The notes under the pieces: generated by a model | Databases searched by the model: none | What the model saw: the letters and a program-made list of their open reading frames with translations, nothing else | Told to the model about the DNA's origin: nothing | Position numbers and translations under genes: made by a program | Source of the DNA: Eledone cirrhosa | Taxonomy: Eukaryota | Assembly: GCA_964016885.1 (NCBI GenBank) | Contig: OZ024745.1 | Coordinates: forward strand, 96,286,001-96,350,000 | DNA length: 64,000 nucleotides | Direction: 5' to 3' | In this document: positions 13,400 through 28,680 of the stretch, in pieces | Numbering within the stretch: the stretch's first letter is position 1 | Layout: each line of letters begins with the position of its first letter

Positions 13400-14395
13400 A
13401 CCTCTCCGGATGAAATGGCTAGAAAAAGGGCCTGGGACTCGAAGTCAGCATCTCGGCTGCAGAGGCGGCGGATCCGGAGGAGTTGGGAGTAGGGAATAGA
13501 GTGTTTGGTGTGTTTAGGGTGGGAGGAAGTGAAGTCGAAGTAGGAGTGGGAATCGGTGGTTTTGAAGAAGGCGGAGGTGATGAGGGCGCGGTGGGAGGGG
13601 TTGATGGCGATTGAGATGTCAAAGAAGTGGAGGTGGGTGGTGGAGATAGAGGTGGTGAAGTGGAGGGACGGGTGGAAGGAGCAGAAGGAGAGAAAGGAGT
13701 CGAGCTGTTCTCGGGTGAGGGTCGTGGCTCCTCTACAGTCGTCGATGTAACGACCGTACAGTTCGGGCGTGGGTCGGTGTACTGGGCAAAGATTTGGGCC
13801 TCAACATGTCCAATGAAAAGGTTGGCATAGTTTGGGCCCATTCTTGTGCCTATGGCTAGCCCAGTGACCTGTTGGTAAAACTCACCCGAGAAGGAGAAGC
13901 AGTTGAGGGTGAGGACCAGCTCGGTGAGGCGAAAGAGGGTGGGGGTGGAGGGGGTGGGGGAAGGGGCGAAGGTCGAGGTAGTGCCGGAGGGCACTTAGGC
14001 CGTCGGCGTGGGGGATAACTGTGTAGCGGGACTTAATATCTAGGGTGAAGAGGAGGGTGTGTGGGCCGGGTGGGAATGTGAGGGAGTCGAACAGGCGAAG
14101 GGCGTGGTTGGTGTCGGAGATGTGAGAGGGGAGGGTGGTGACGAGAGGGGGCGAGGATGGAGTTAAGAAAGGCGGAAATGAGTTCTGTGGGGCAGTTGCA
14201 AGCGGAGACGATGGGGCGGCCTAGATTGTCGGGTTTGTGGAGTTTGGGGAGGAAGTAGATAGAGGGGGTGCGGGGGTGTGGACGATGAGGTGGGAAGCGG
14301 TTTGAGGAAGGAGGGAGGAGGAGACGAGGTGTTGGATGGTGGAGGAAACTTGTTGTTGGTAGAGGGGTGTGGGGTCGGAGGGTAGAGGACGAATG
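13400..14395 (-). pseudogene. Penelope-like reverse transcriptase, frameshifted
   Basis: Across frames: LPKLHKP..GRPIVSACNCPTE, FTLDIKS.YT.IPH, FYQQVTGLAIGTRMGPNYANLF, RYIDD, SSHPKHTKHSIPYSQ. Confidence 0.85.
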
Positions 14396-14459
14396 GGAAC
14401 TAGGAATAAGTATTGCATATGTTTCACTGCCGATCAGCTCGGGGAACGATCGAATAATA

Positions 14460-14532
14460 TTCGGCCGTTTGATAGTTAGATTTAGCTGTCGAAACGGCTG
14501 GAGCTCAGCTGTCGGGGTCCTGACACTTTTCC

Positions 14533-14535
<3 letters not shown>
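14460..14535 (+). mobile_element. half-hammerhead hairpin family (E), partial
   Basis: TAGCTGTCGAAACGGCTGGAGCTCAGCTGTCGGGGTCC matches the copies at 20647-21283 and 52135. Confidence 0.65.
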
Positions 14536-14576
<41 letters not shown>

Positions 14577-14625
14577 ATAAGAAAAAGCGAAGTAGTTTCA
14601 GATGTTAAAGTCCTTTAATGATAAT

Positions 14626-14700
14626 GCTGTGATACATATTTCAATGGCGACAGTGACCACACGGTTCGGTGCGCCCAGTGCCGTGACATCATCAGACAGC
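14626..14700 (-). ncRNA. type I hammerhead ribozyme
   Basis: On the - strand: GCTGT-CTGATGA-long stem II-GAAA-TATGTA-TC-ACAGC, with a perfect 5-bp stem I. Confidence 0.8.
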
Positions 14701-15213
14701 TTGTTACATAATAATGTTATGTTTCCGAGGCAATCCAAATTGAATCGACATGGGAACGGACAAAGCGTGTGCTCCTGAATTCTTCGTTCGTTCCCTAGTG
14801 AGCCCCAATTCACCCACACCGGTCTGCGCAGGCACAACTCCGAAGGAAGTTGACCATCAACTACCCAAAAGTTCTACGAAACTCGCCTTGGCCAAACAAT
14901 CACCCCATCCAGGTCTGTAATATAACACGATTATAGTTTACTGCTAATCACCCTGTCAGTGGCATTTGGTCGAAAGCTAGTGGAGGTGGGAGAGTATGAG
15001 CTTCAATAGGTCTCAATACTACCCCTAAATTAAGCATGTACAGTAGGATTGACCATCACCCGCTAAGAGAATATATGCTTATTTCTAGGTATTATGGTTT
15101 CACTGTGGAAATTATGATTGAGAATTAGAAATTAAAACTAAAAATTAAAAATTAAAAAAATTACAAGTTAAAATCTTGATTGAAGTAAGTAAAAAATATA
15201 TATATACATATAA

Positions 15214-16144
15214 TCTATATATATATATATAAAACTGAGGATGTCTGTCTGTGTGTGTGTGAGTTTGAATCCCTAAAACTTGAGAACCACCCAACCGACT
15301 GTTTTCAAACTTTACACATGTAATACTTATGTTTCAGGGAGTGTTCTGAGCCCCAAAAATTCAAATTTTCAATGCCGTAGGGACCGCATTAGACGATTTA
15401 GCAATCTCTCTCTATAATTCTTAGTCTTTCTCTTTTTAGATAGATACATACATATAACGTCGCGCCCTTATAATATCTTTCTGTATGTCTGACTGTCTGC
15501 ATTACGTCACTTCCCTGAGGATGTCTATCTGTGTGTGTGTGTCTGTGAGTTTGAATCCCTAAAACTCGAGAAGTACCTAACCGAGTTTTTTCAAACTTTA
15601 CATGTGTATTACTTATGTTTCAGGGAGTATTATGCACATAAAAAATTCAACTTTTTGATCTCCTAGGGCCCGCATTAGGTGAAAAACTGCGTTTTGTAAG
15701 CTTTTTAGGGTTTTTTTGAGGCGTTACGTCAGACCGATTTCCGTGAAATTGTAACTATGTATTAGTCAGTCTCTTCTTCATACCGCAAGCAAAGAAAATC
15801 CAACTTTCTTATGGACTAGGGCCCGCATTAGGTGAAAAACTTCATTTTTTTCAGCTTTTTAGGGCTTTTTGGAGGCGTTACGTCTAGCCGATTTTCCCGA
15901 AATTTCAAGGCATATTATGCACATAAAACAAATCCATTCTCTTGATCCCCTAGGGCTCGCATTAGGTGAAAACCTGCATTTTCCTGCTTCATCGAGGAAA
16001 ATCTTAAAGATTATCCAGCCATCAGATTATTCGGTTTATTTTCTTTACATATTGTCCAGGCATGCAGTTTTTCCACGATTAGGTCTGTTAGCGGCCCGCC
16101 TTCCAAAATACCTTATCCCCTGCAACGCCAGGTACCACTGCTAG
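15214..16144 (+). mobile_element. non-autonomous Helitron
   Basis: A|TC start, CTAG|T end and subterminal hairpin CCTGCAACGCCAGG. Internal duplication of the 5' block and 3-4 TAGGG(C/A)CCGCATTAG subrepeats. A sister copy starts at 60386. Confidence 0.8.
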
Positions 16145-16903
16145 TAACTAATAAATAGGGAGATGTTTAAATTATAGTAAGAAGGATCAATATTATAGAT
16201 ATATTATCCATATATTGAACGATATACAGTAGAACGGAGGGTAAATTGCAGTATGAAACGTAGTAGTTAGGCAAATACATAGTTAATATCTCTATCACAT
16301 GAATCAAAACAAAAAATACAAAATATAAAATACACAAAAAATACAAAAAATACAAAAAATACATAGATGCAAAATAAGATAGGAGATATATATGTAAAAT
16401 GAGATAGGAGATATATATATATGAGAAACATATACGAGGAAGGTAAACTGTATAGAAATGAGGGTATACGTGGTTAAGATGATTGTCAATTTTGTCTATT
16501 AAAGTGCATATAAAAATTCGTTATCTGGTGATGTGAGGGGGCTTCCATTCAAGGCCTCTCTGCAAATGCAATTTGCTGCAGGAAAATAGGCGTTTATCGT
16601 TGTTTTTAGTTCCGCGTATTTATCCTGTCGAAAGTTAGTTTATAATTTTATGTCCGTCCAGTATCAGGGATTTCCAGTGTGTGTAATCAATCCCGTGTGT
16701 GTAATCAATGGTAGGGGGAATTTCCGGGTGTAGCTGATGGCTGGTTCCTCTCTTCTCCACTATAACGGTTACACCATAAAGCGCTCAACGTTTTGGAGCT
16801 AAGTTCTTAAGGTAAATATTGATGCAATTCAATTCAAGCACTCAACGTACTTTTTCCACATAGGAGTGACGGAGTATATATCGAATAAGAAAAAGCGAAG
16901 TAG

Positions 16904-16940
<37 letters not shown>

Positions 16941-17131
16941 CATATGTATGTATGTATGCATGTATGTATGCATGTATGTATGTATGAATGTATGTATGTA
17001 TGCATGGATGCTTGGCAAGCACAAAGCTGTGGGTTCGAATCCTGCAGTTCCTAATGTCCATTTTTTTCCTTTAAGGGGGTTTATATGCCATTTTATTAGG
17101 TCAATTTCTCTATAATAAAACAAATTTACAC

Positions 17132-17207
<76 letters not shown>

Positions 17208-17424
17208 TGGTAAACGGAATAGAAAATGCTGACAAATTGTTCACAGTTGAAAAATGGTTTAATTAGGAATAAAAGAGTATTAGTGATTGTATGGGTTAGT
17301 ATTCAGTTGTGGTTTTAAGTTTTTAAGTTTTTACCGGTTGCGCATTTCTAAATGCTTTTCAAAAATAATTTTGAGATAGAGTGTCCGTGCTGTTTGCTCT
17401 GATCTGATTAGTTTTGGGAATTCT

Positions 17425-17655
17425 ACCTGTTTTTATGTTAAAAAAGTTGCTCCAGCGTTATTTTTGTGTTGCAAAAATGCTTGTGGTCAAAACAATTTTG
17501 ATTGGTCGGTAGAGGTCATGTGAATGTAAAAAGTTGATTTTGCGCCAAGACTGTTTTTATGTTAAAAAAGTGGCTCCAGCAAAAATTCTTGGTCAAAACA
17601 ATTTTGATTGGTCGGTAGAGGTCATGTGGATAAAAAATTGGTTTTGCGCCAAGAT
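17425..17655. repeat. imperfect ~105-125 bp tandem duplication
   Basis: CTGTTTTTATGTTAAAAAAG...GGTCGGTAGAGGTCATGTG...TTTTGCGCCAAGA occurs twice. Confidence 0.75.
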
Positions 17656-17679
17656 TGAGAAATGACTTTTTCACAACAA

Positions 17680-17753
<74 letters not shown>

Positions 17754-17842
17754 GTGTATGTGTGTGTGTGTAGTAGTAGTAGTGAGGTGTTCGATGCTGC
17801 GACAGTGGCCAGCAGCGATGTGTGTCAAATGGCTATTAAGAT

Positions 17843-17883
<41 letters not shown>

Positions 17884-17982
17884 GCAGAGTAATTCGATGG
17901 TCAGTAAGAATGTGTCTGAAAGCAATGGGGGGTATTTTAGCATGTCAAAAGATATTTTTCAGCTTTTGTCTTATACGGAGAA

Positions 17983-18022
<40 letters not shown>

Positions 18023-18675
18023 ACCAGTATTTCCCCCCCCCCCTGGTAAAATGGTGTACATTATTCGATTTTTTCAGTAAAATCGGTTCTCTTAATAGAA
18101 CATCAAAAATCTTAACAATAAAAGGTGTGAAATGATATTCACTATATATATATACACATACATATATTCACTACATATATATATATATATATACATATAT
18201 ACATACATATATATGCACATATATTTTTTTGTATTGCACCATAGAGCATGTGTGTTTACGTGTGTCATTGTGTTTATATGTGGGTAGAGATGTGTGCTGA
18301 TTTGCGGACAAAAAGCGCAGCTCCCTAATTCATAGTCTACAAATGACTGCGATAGCTGGCACCTTCAAAATTTGCAAAACATTCTTGCGATTCAAGGGAT
18401 TACAATTTCTTTTCTTTTACAACCTTGCCACCAGGAAGGTGGCCGGTCAAAAAAATATACTCGAAATTAAGAGAAAGAGATAACATACATACATACATAC
18501 ATACATACATACATACATACATACATACATACATACATACATTAGAGGCCCATAATCCCACGCAGACATACATAAAACACAGTATTTAAAGTTTAAAAAA
18601 TGGAGAAGAGATAGTAATCTGACTGATCACCCGCCAGGATGTTGAGTAGATATCTTAAAACGTTATTCTCTTCTG

Positions 18676-19546
<871 letters not shown>

Positions 19547-20009
19547 AGTAATTAAATAAATAAGTAAGAAAGTTGAAACATTCCCGAATATTCCAATACA
19601 GTAAAGTTGCCAATTCCATTGTAGCGATCAGTAGAATTCTTGTGAGCCCCAGCGTGGGTATTAAATGGAAAATACGCTTTGACAGATTTTATGATAAATT
19701 TCAAATATAATCTATTGCCAATGTATTGAATTAAGTTTATTTGCTGGAGTAGTATGAAATGTCTGGACGAAACAGATGTTGTTACATTCTTGTGTAGGAC
19801 TGTGTAGGTGAATGTATACACACAGACACACATACACACACAGACACACACACAGAGACACACACACACAAACACACAAACGCAAACACAAACACACACA
19901 CACATACAGAGACACACACACACATACACATACACACACAGACACACACACACAGACACATACAGAGACACACACACACAAACACACAAACACACACACA
20001 CACACACAT

Positions 20010-20065
<56 letters not shown>

Positions 20066-20239
20066 GTATATATATATATATATATATTTAATACAATAAC
20101 AGAGATAGCTTAACGCTAAACTCCGACTGGTAACCATCTCACTCAACAAACATTAGGTTATATGTTAGGAACGATCGACTTTCGTCAAATCGGACCGAGG
20201 GAACAATGTTTCCGTTGGTCTTTCCAATTGCTAATACTA

Positions 20240-20385
20240 TCTATCGGTCGCAACTCCAGGTAGAAGGAGCAACGTGAAATAAAGTGTCTTGCTCAAGGAC
20301 ATAACGCATCGCCTGGTCCAGGAATCGAACTCACAACCTTACGATTGCGAATCCAATTCTCTAACCACTCAGCCACACGCCTTCA
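20240..20385 (-). mobile_element. tRNA-derived CORE-like SINE
   Basis: AAGTGTCTTGCTCAAGGACA core-like motif, then the complements of a B-box (GGAATCGAACTC) and an A-box (TAACCACTCAGCCA). Confidence 0.65.
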
Positions 20386-20481
20386 ATATGTTAGTATAAC
20401 CCAATTTAAGTGTTTGGGGTGCTAACTATATGTATTTTGTGGAAAGCCAGTTGTATTATTTTATGAGATATAATTAAAGTT

Positions 20482-21283
<802 letters not shown>

Positions 21284-21357
21284 TATATATATATATATAT
21301 ATAATTATAATGAAATGACAGGAGGCTGGATTTGTGTAAATCCTTGAAAGGTTTATT

Positions 21358-21415
21358 ATACTATGATCATTTCAATGACCGGGTTCCGTATGAATCCAGT
21401 GATATCATCAGGTAT
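21358..21415 (-). ncRNA. type I hammerhead ribozyme
   Basis: On the - strand: ATAC-CTGATGA-stem II (ACTGG/CCGGT)-GAAA-TGATCA-TA-GTAT, ~55 bp from a (TA)n tract. Confidence 0.75.
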
Positions 21416-21809
21416 TCGAAATATAATACGTGAATGTAATAGATAAAATCCATGGGGCTGAAAATCGAGGACCCGAGGGCGACCGCTATTCTGTTCCTTC
21501 AACCTCAGCACATATGAATTTGCGCAAATGTGTATTTGACTAAATTCCTTTGTATGTATGTAATTATATTTTGTGGATACCTTCATTTTATAGAAGGGTG
21601 GCTTGATCAAAATGGCAGCCGATCAATATATTGTAAGATATTTTTCTTTATCAATTCAGACGATACTATGGTGACGGAAGAAATACATTACAAACAAACT
21701 CAAAAGCAAACGATTGAAAAACAAAAATACAACCATAATAGCATTATTTATCACGTGGCTTCCAATATTTACAAAAGAAACATCAACATTCTAAGTACAT
21801 TCTTTCATT

Positions 21810-22181
21810 ACATACATATATGTTTACAAACACATAGTTATATGTATAAGTGTGTATGAATTTATACACACTTATACATACATAGATACATAGATGCATA
21901 CATACATATATATATATATATATATACATACATACATACATATATACATACACACATATATACATACATATATACATACATGCATACATGCATACATACA
22001 TACATACATACATACATGCATACATGCATACATACATACAAACATACATACATACATACATACATACATACATACATACATACATACATACATACATACA
22101 AACACATAGTTATATGTATAAGTGTGTATGAATTTATACACACTTATACATACATAGATACATAGATGCATACATACATAC

Positions 22182-22228
<47 letters not shown>

Positions 22229-22526
22229 CATACATATATACATACACACATACATACATATATGCATACATGCATACATACATACATACATACATACATA
22301 CATACATACATACATACATACATACGTACATGTATACATACACACATACATACATATATACATACACACATACATACATACATACATACATGCATACATG
22401 CATACATACATACATACATGCATGCATACATACATACATACATACATACATACATACATACATACACACATACATATATATATGCATGCATACATGCATA
22501 CATACATACATACATACATACATACA

Positions 22527-22562
<36 letters not shown>

Positions 22563-22755
22563 TACAAACGCACACATATTTATAGAGAGAGTGTGAGTAA
22601 GAAAGAGGTGTGAAAGAGAGCTATGTATTTATGGATCACCATGTATATACATTTAATCTACCAAAGACACACCTATATATGATATATATATATGAATATT
22701 TCTTATATATGTATAATATATATATATATATATAAATAAATATATAAATGAAAAG

Positions 22756-22788
<33 letters not shown>

Positions 22789-22806
22789 GAATATTTGTTA
22801 TATATT

Positions 22807-22861
<55 letters not shown>

Positions 22862-22938
22862 AATATGTATATATATATATATATATATGTATGTATATAT
22901 GTATATATATATATATGTATATGTATATATGTATGTAT

Positions 22939-22976
<38 letters not shown>

Positions 22977-23039
22977 ATATATGTATGTATGTATATATAT
23001 ATATATATGTATGTATATATATATATGTATGTATGTATA

Positions 23040-23075
<36 letters not shown>

Positions 23076-23107
23076 TGTATGTATGTATGTATGTATGTAT
23101 GTATGTA
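21810..23107. repeat. (TACA)n/(TA)n/(TATG)n microsatellite complex with an internal duplication
   Basis: ACAAACACATAGTTATATGTATAAGTGTGTATGAATTTATAC occurs at ~21826 and ~22098. Confidence 0.9.
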
Positions 23108-24794
23108 TAAATTTACATAAACTAACATACATATTGATACAGTCAGAAACGTTGAAAATTTCCAATAAAAGGAAAAAAAAGAATATATTCACTCTCTAAA
23201 ATAACTACAAGTTCATTTATAGTGCAACATAACATCAAATAAAATATAACATTGATACTATGAAAACGTAAAAAATAATTCTTAATCTTATTTGGAAATA
23301 GTCCAATATATTGAGCAAGTTTCCACGACATAACATATCATCTTCTTTTAAATCTTTGACATGATAGCGTTCAATACATTTCTATATCCTACCTATATAT
23401 ATATATAAATCTGTTTTTTTTTATTTTCAATAAATTTTTCTGGTGATTTTGTGTTTGGCAGAAATCATAGTTAGTGATGTTTAGTTTAGTTCTTTCACTG
23501 ACTGGGTTGCTACTCAAATCCTCTCCTCCAGAGGCAAAGTTTATCATTCTTTTAAAAGCTTCTAGAGATCGGTAAAATAAATACCAGTAATATACGGAGT
23601 ACCATCTACTATGTTGCTAATACCTTTAGTTAGTACACGTTTGTAATAACAAACCAAGCCTCCTTATCTAAAATGTAGAAACTTCCTATTTAGTCAAACA
23701 GAACCCAACATTTTGAAACTGTGTTTAGTTCCTGTAGTTTAACACAGATTTAGCCAATGTGTATCTTTTACTGAGGCTTAGTCGCTCATATCGACCCCAG
23801 TACTTATTTCGTTCAACCCCCCCCCCCCCCCCCACACACACACAGATATATGTATGTAGGTATGTTCTTCTGGTTTCGTTATTTTTTAAATGCTTATCAA
23901 TAGAGAGAGCCATTTTCTAACTTAGACAAAAAACTCTTGGAATTTAGATAACATCAACTAGATAAATATTTTTGTAAGTCTGCATGCGTGTGTGTGTGCA
24001 GCTATGGATGTTATTGTATGTGTGGATCTGTATGTGTGGATCTGTATGTATGTATGTATGTATGTATGTATGTATGTATGTATGTACAAAACACGTTTCT
24101 TCTGTCTCCGTCTTCCAAATTTTATTCATAAGGCATCGGTCATTCTGCATGGACTGGCGTCCTGTCCAGGGAGGGGTTTGAACGCCAATGATGTGTGGGA
24201 TAAGCACCGGACTGATGAATTTCCGAGTTTGGGACAGACTTTAGACTTTTTTTTTAACAGTGGTCAATCCGAGGCTAGAGAAGAAGACTTTTGCCTACAG
24301 TGGGAGTGAATCCGAAACAACGTGGTAAGGGTAGTAGCCGTGTTCCCAAAATTTCTCGGCACCGACGAAACAAGATAGATTCTATGTTACCTGTAAATCA
24401 TAAACATGACATAAGACGTTTCTATCTGTCTTTTTACCGATGTGCTACTTTGAATAGTTGCATTTAATTAACGCTAAACAATTCTGTTTTCTCATCCCTT
24501 TGCTACTATCTACTATGATCAGAACCTTGTATTCCTCCTCATTTAACCAGACCTCCTCTCTAGAGCTAATTCCTCTTTTTTTTCAACCACATCCGTCTAC
24601 AACAACCTTTAAATCCTTTTCACAGTGATGTTACTCTGGGCTCTACTGGCTCTGTGAACGAAAGGACTTTTCCTTTCCTTGTAGCCTTATTCATTCCTGT
24701 CATTTTTCAGTTTTATTTCATCATCATCATTCATCGACTACTGTCGAGATGACGGATCTCACTCTCATGCCCCATAATTCCCTGTCCCCCATCG

Positions 24795-24925
24795 CTGCCC
24801 CCAGTTTTATTTAGGCGCTGAGCAAGCCAGCCGCATGTGTAAGCCTCACGAGATGGAATGGATCTTCCAGCGTATCTCCCTTACTATCTTCCGGGGAAAC
24901 GCCTTCTCCATTCTGAACGCCGGGG
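24795..24925 (+). pseudogene. CRE-like non-LTR retrotransposon C-terminal fragment
   Basis: Translates LGAEQASRMCKPHEMEWIFQRISLTIFRGNAFSIL, matching the FQRISxxxxRGNA motif that follows the restriction-like endonuclease. Confidence 0.65.
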
Positions 24926-25734
24926 CTGTGGGGCGGCCAGCACGTGGGACCCCATTTGCTCACAATAGAGAGAGATGGGGAGGGCGAGAGAGACGGAGGC
25001 GATGACAGTGGGAGTTCGGCTCTTCCGTGTTCGGGGACATGGCACCTGTCATGTGGATCACTCCAGACATGTGTCTCTTCTCTCATCTCACCTCCCACTC
25101 TTCTCTTCCTCTATCTTATCCTTCTCTCCTCCCATTCGCCTCTCCCTCTCTTTCCCCGTCAGTCATCTTACACCACTTCCTCTACCTTCACCTCTTTTAT
25201 TGTTCGTCTAATAATTATAAATGGACTATGATTACCTCATCATACAGTCTTACACTTTATCCCTCTAGCTTTTGTAATACTTTGTCCTTGACGCCCCTCT
25301 TCAAGGAAAGTGTTTTCTTTCATCCTCTGTCATTTTTTGTCTTATTTAGTCCAACGACTATATAAAGACTGTGTGATTAATTTATCATACGATTTCATAT
25401 TTTGCTATTCTCTGTACATTTTCCTTTGGGCTTGTCACAGTCGTCCCCTTTGCAGGTGTATGTCTTTTTAACTTCGCCCCGTTTTATGTTTTCTTTATAA
25501 TTCTCGGACATTGTCAAAACTACCATGTTTTGTTGCTGTGGTGGAGTTTTGCAACCTGTGTACTACGCTTACCACTGACACCAGAATCGCGTGATTGCAA
25601 AGTGAATTTCTTACTAACACAACCACGCCCGTGTACATGTATACTTGAGTGTTTTATATTATACTTACTGTATCTTTCTGTTGAAAGATGAAAAACAAAG
25701 TCATCAACCTCGGTGAAATTTGAACTTATTACAT

Positions 25735-25850
25735 CTTCTGTTTTTTTTTTACACGCAGAAATGCCCATTTGTACCGTCCTGTATTGTCCTGTACTTTCCT
25801 TAATGTCTACTTTGTGTAAACCCTTGTGCTTAATAAAGAAAGCATTATTA
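25735..25850 (+). mobile_element. 3'-end fragment of the Tx1-like LINE
   Basis: Nearly identical to 32222-32340 and ends AATAAAGAAAGCATTATT. Confidence 0.85.
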
Positions 25851-25917
25851 TATGTACTGGATAATTGCTGGCCTTGTGCCTAACGTAGAAACAACTATTA
25901 TTATTACTATTATTACT

Positions 25918-26233
25918 CTTTGAGTCTCAGTCATTGATGTTATTTAACTAGAAAGTTTGTTGAAATGAATATCAAGCCGCTACCTTCAGCCTCAGATATT
26001 CAGGACGTAGCGGAGGGTTATTGCTGTTCCCAGCAAGCGTGCCCTTTGAAGTGTTCCAAAAAGCGGGGCTGGACTAATTTTCTTTAACCATCCTTGGAAA
26101 CTCTTTGAGATAGTACCTAGTGCGCCTATGACAATCGGGACCACTTTGACTTCATGGCAGTTCCAAATCCTTTTTACCTCCCACTATAAGTCCTGGTATC
26201 GGTTAATTTTCTCCCTCTCCTTTTCTTGCACTC

Positions 26234-26234
<1 letters not shown>
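25918..26234 (-). pseudogene. R4/Dong-like non-LTR retrotransposon 3' fragment in (TAA)n
   Basis: Translates KEREKINRYQDL*WEVKRIW..VKVVPIVIGALG...LQRARLLGTAITLRYVL. Flanked by ATT repeats. Confidence 0.8.
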
Positions 26235-26288
<54 letters not shown>

Positions 26289-26499
26289 GAATGCCATGGT
26301 TGACGGAGGCTCGGCTCAGTAAGGTATTGTAAATTTTGACCGCTATAACAATTGTAAATTGTTTAAAACTTTAACCAAATTGTAGACAAAAACACCCTCC
26401 TACTCGTGAGAGGGGTCTTTCTGCCCGTTATTTGGCCCTTTGGGGTTAAATAACCGCTTATTGGGGTTTTGTGCCCAATATTTATTTTAAACAAAAAAC

Positions 26500-28645
26500 A
26501 TGGCCACGAAAAAGAATTTTCATAAGTCACTCCCACTCATTCCGTCTTCTTCTTCCTCAATCGTCACTACAGCAGAGAGAAGATTGTCTCCCTCCCTCCC
26601 TTCTCTAAATGTGTCTCTCTCCCTCCCTTCTCTTTAGCAAGCGACGCCAGTCAAGAAAAATCACGTGAAAATCATGGAACATTTCTCCACGACGACGACA
26701 ATGACGAAAAAGGTGTGCAGTAAATACGAAAACCCATTTTATTCGTCTGACGTCATGAATAATAGCAGTAGCAGCCGTAATAACAGCAGCAGCAGCAACA
26801 GTGACAAGGAAAACAACAGTAGCAGCCGAAACAGCATCAGCAGCAGCATAAACAACAACAGCATTAGCAGCGACAGCAACAACAACAGCATTAGCAGCAA
26901 CAGCAACAACAACAGCAGCAGCAGCAACAACAACAACAACAACCACAGCAACAGCGGCGGCGGCAGTAGTCGTAGTACCTGCAGCAACAACAAAAGTAAC
27001 AGCAGCTCTGACGACAACAACAACAACAACAGCAGCAAAGAAAAACCAATCTCGTTTGCAGGTATCGCAAAGAACCTGGAAACCATCCTCATAACAAATG
27101 AGGAATTACAGGAAGCGAAGAAGATGGTGACGAAAACCGGACACCGAGCAATCTACAAGGCAGCCGAAACATTTTTCGAAAGCCAACAGCACTGTACGGT
27201 CACGTACAGTACAGTAAGCACAAAATCCCGTAGGGTTGAAAGAGCCAGAGAGGCTCAAATACAAAAAGCCATAGGGTCTGTGTGGCAGCGAAAAACGTAT
27301 ATCAACCGAGGCAAGAAATCTGCCACCGTAGACGTGCTTTTTGCCACACCCCAGGAGGCAAAGGCTCAATCCTTAGTGACCCTAAGGAGCGAGGAAATGG
27401 TGTTGGTGCCCTCCTACTGCGGGAAAAAAATTGTGAGGGTCAAACTGACGCCCCCCCCCCCGGATGGCCCCTTCTTGGCTGGCCGCGTCTGTCATCGTCG
27501 GAATCGAGGACAAAACAACTGTACTGCAAGTACAGAAAAAAGTAAGAGAAGATTGGGTCGGCACCTCCATTGAGATTTTAATCCAAACCAACCAGAGTGC
27601 ATCGAAGCTATCCCGGATGTGATAGACTTCGATAACGGCACTCAACTGCCCATAAGTGTTGAGGGCAAACGCCCGAAATGCTTTCGCTGTGGATCGAAGA
27701 CTCACCTCAGGGCCTTCTGCAACGAGAAGACCCTGAGAAAGGAGAAAACCTCCTCCTTCCGAAACCGGCTCCACGGCTACCAGCAACAGGACAAGCGGCA
27801 ACCAGGAAAGATAGGTCCGTGGCACCCATACCCACGCCACGGAAATCAAGAACAGCAACAACAACAACAGTATTACCAAATGCAGCTGCAACAGAGACAC
27901 CACTGCAAACATCACCAACAACAACAAGTGAAAGAGTGGAGCTAGTACCCCTCCCTGACCTCACAGAATTAGACATGGAGTGTGAGGTGGGAGAGGGATG
28001 GCAAAATGTCGTAAGAAGGCACAAACGCAGAAGCAGCGCATCGTCGCCTTCGAAAAGGGAGGAAAGAAATGAAAAAAGGGTAAAGGCTACTGCAAAGAGA
28101 CTCACAGCAGCAACACCACCAACACCATCACCACCCACACTAGCACCACCATCACCACCGGTGACAACCCCACCGCCAACAACAACAACACCTTCAACAC
28201 CACCACCACAAGCACCAACATCGCAAACACAACAACAAAACACACACACCCTGCAACAACGAAAGAAAATAGCAGAACCACACCCCACCCCCAGAAAAAC
28301 AAATGCACGGCAATAAATACACACAACAAGAAACTAATGACTTACATAATTGAACACACAGACGTTTCACAGCACGACTACATAATACCAGCACCAATCA
28401 AAACGCCAACGAACCTAAGACTGGTAAAAATAGCACAGAAACAATACACAAACATTAAAACGAAATTCCCCAACGCAGTTGGTGATTTCAGAGACCTAGT
28501 AGGGACTCTCAACCGGAGAGTATATTCGGACATACTCATAGAAGAGCCGACGACCAGCCGAAGGGACGATTTAACTGTCCCTTTACCAGACGATCAAGTG
28601 AAAAGGGATGGAGAAACCATCCTTCCTCTACGAAAAGTACGGTAA
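26500..28645 (+). pseudogene. Tx1-like ORF1 (gag-like), disrupted
   Basis: VEGKRPKCFRCGSKTHLRAFC zinc knuckle, N/S and P/T low-complexity tracts, GWQNVVRR motif. One early stop and several frameshifts. Confidence 0.7.
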
Positions 28646-28680
28646 GTGGTCTTTCCCATCTTTTCCACTCCATATTAAAC

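Larger units (their letters stand above)
11590..14395 (-). mobile_element. 5'-truncated Penelope-like element (RT, low-complexity region, HHR core)
   Basis: PLE RT motifs at 13400-14395 and HHR core at 11691-11718. The 3' end abuts (TA)n. Strong C/A skew on the coding strand. Confidence 0.8.
14570..16906 (-). mobile_element. non-coding ~1.4-kb HHR element with ~28-bp terminal direct repeat, interrupted by a Helitron
   Basis: ATATCGAATAAGAAAAAGCGAAGTAGTT occurs at ~14570 and ~16878. HHR at 14626-14700. (TA)n on both flanks. Confidence 0.6.

Noticed and set aside
17005-17055. tRNA-like GGGTTCGAATCC
   Set aside because: Only a T-arm/B-box remnant with no complete cloverleaf. Probably a SINE head.
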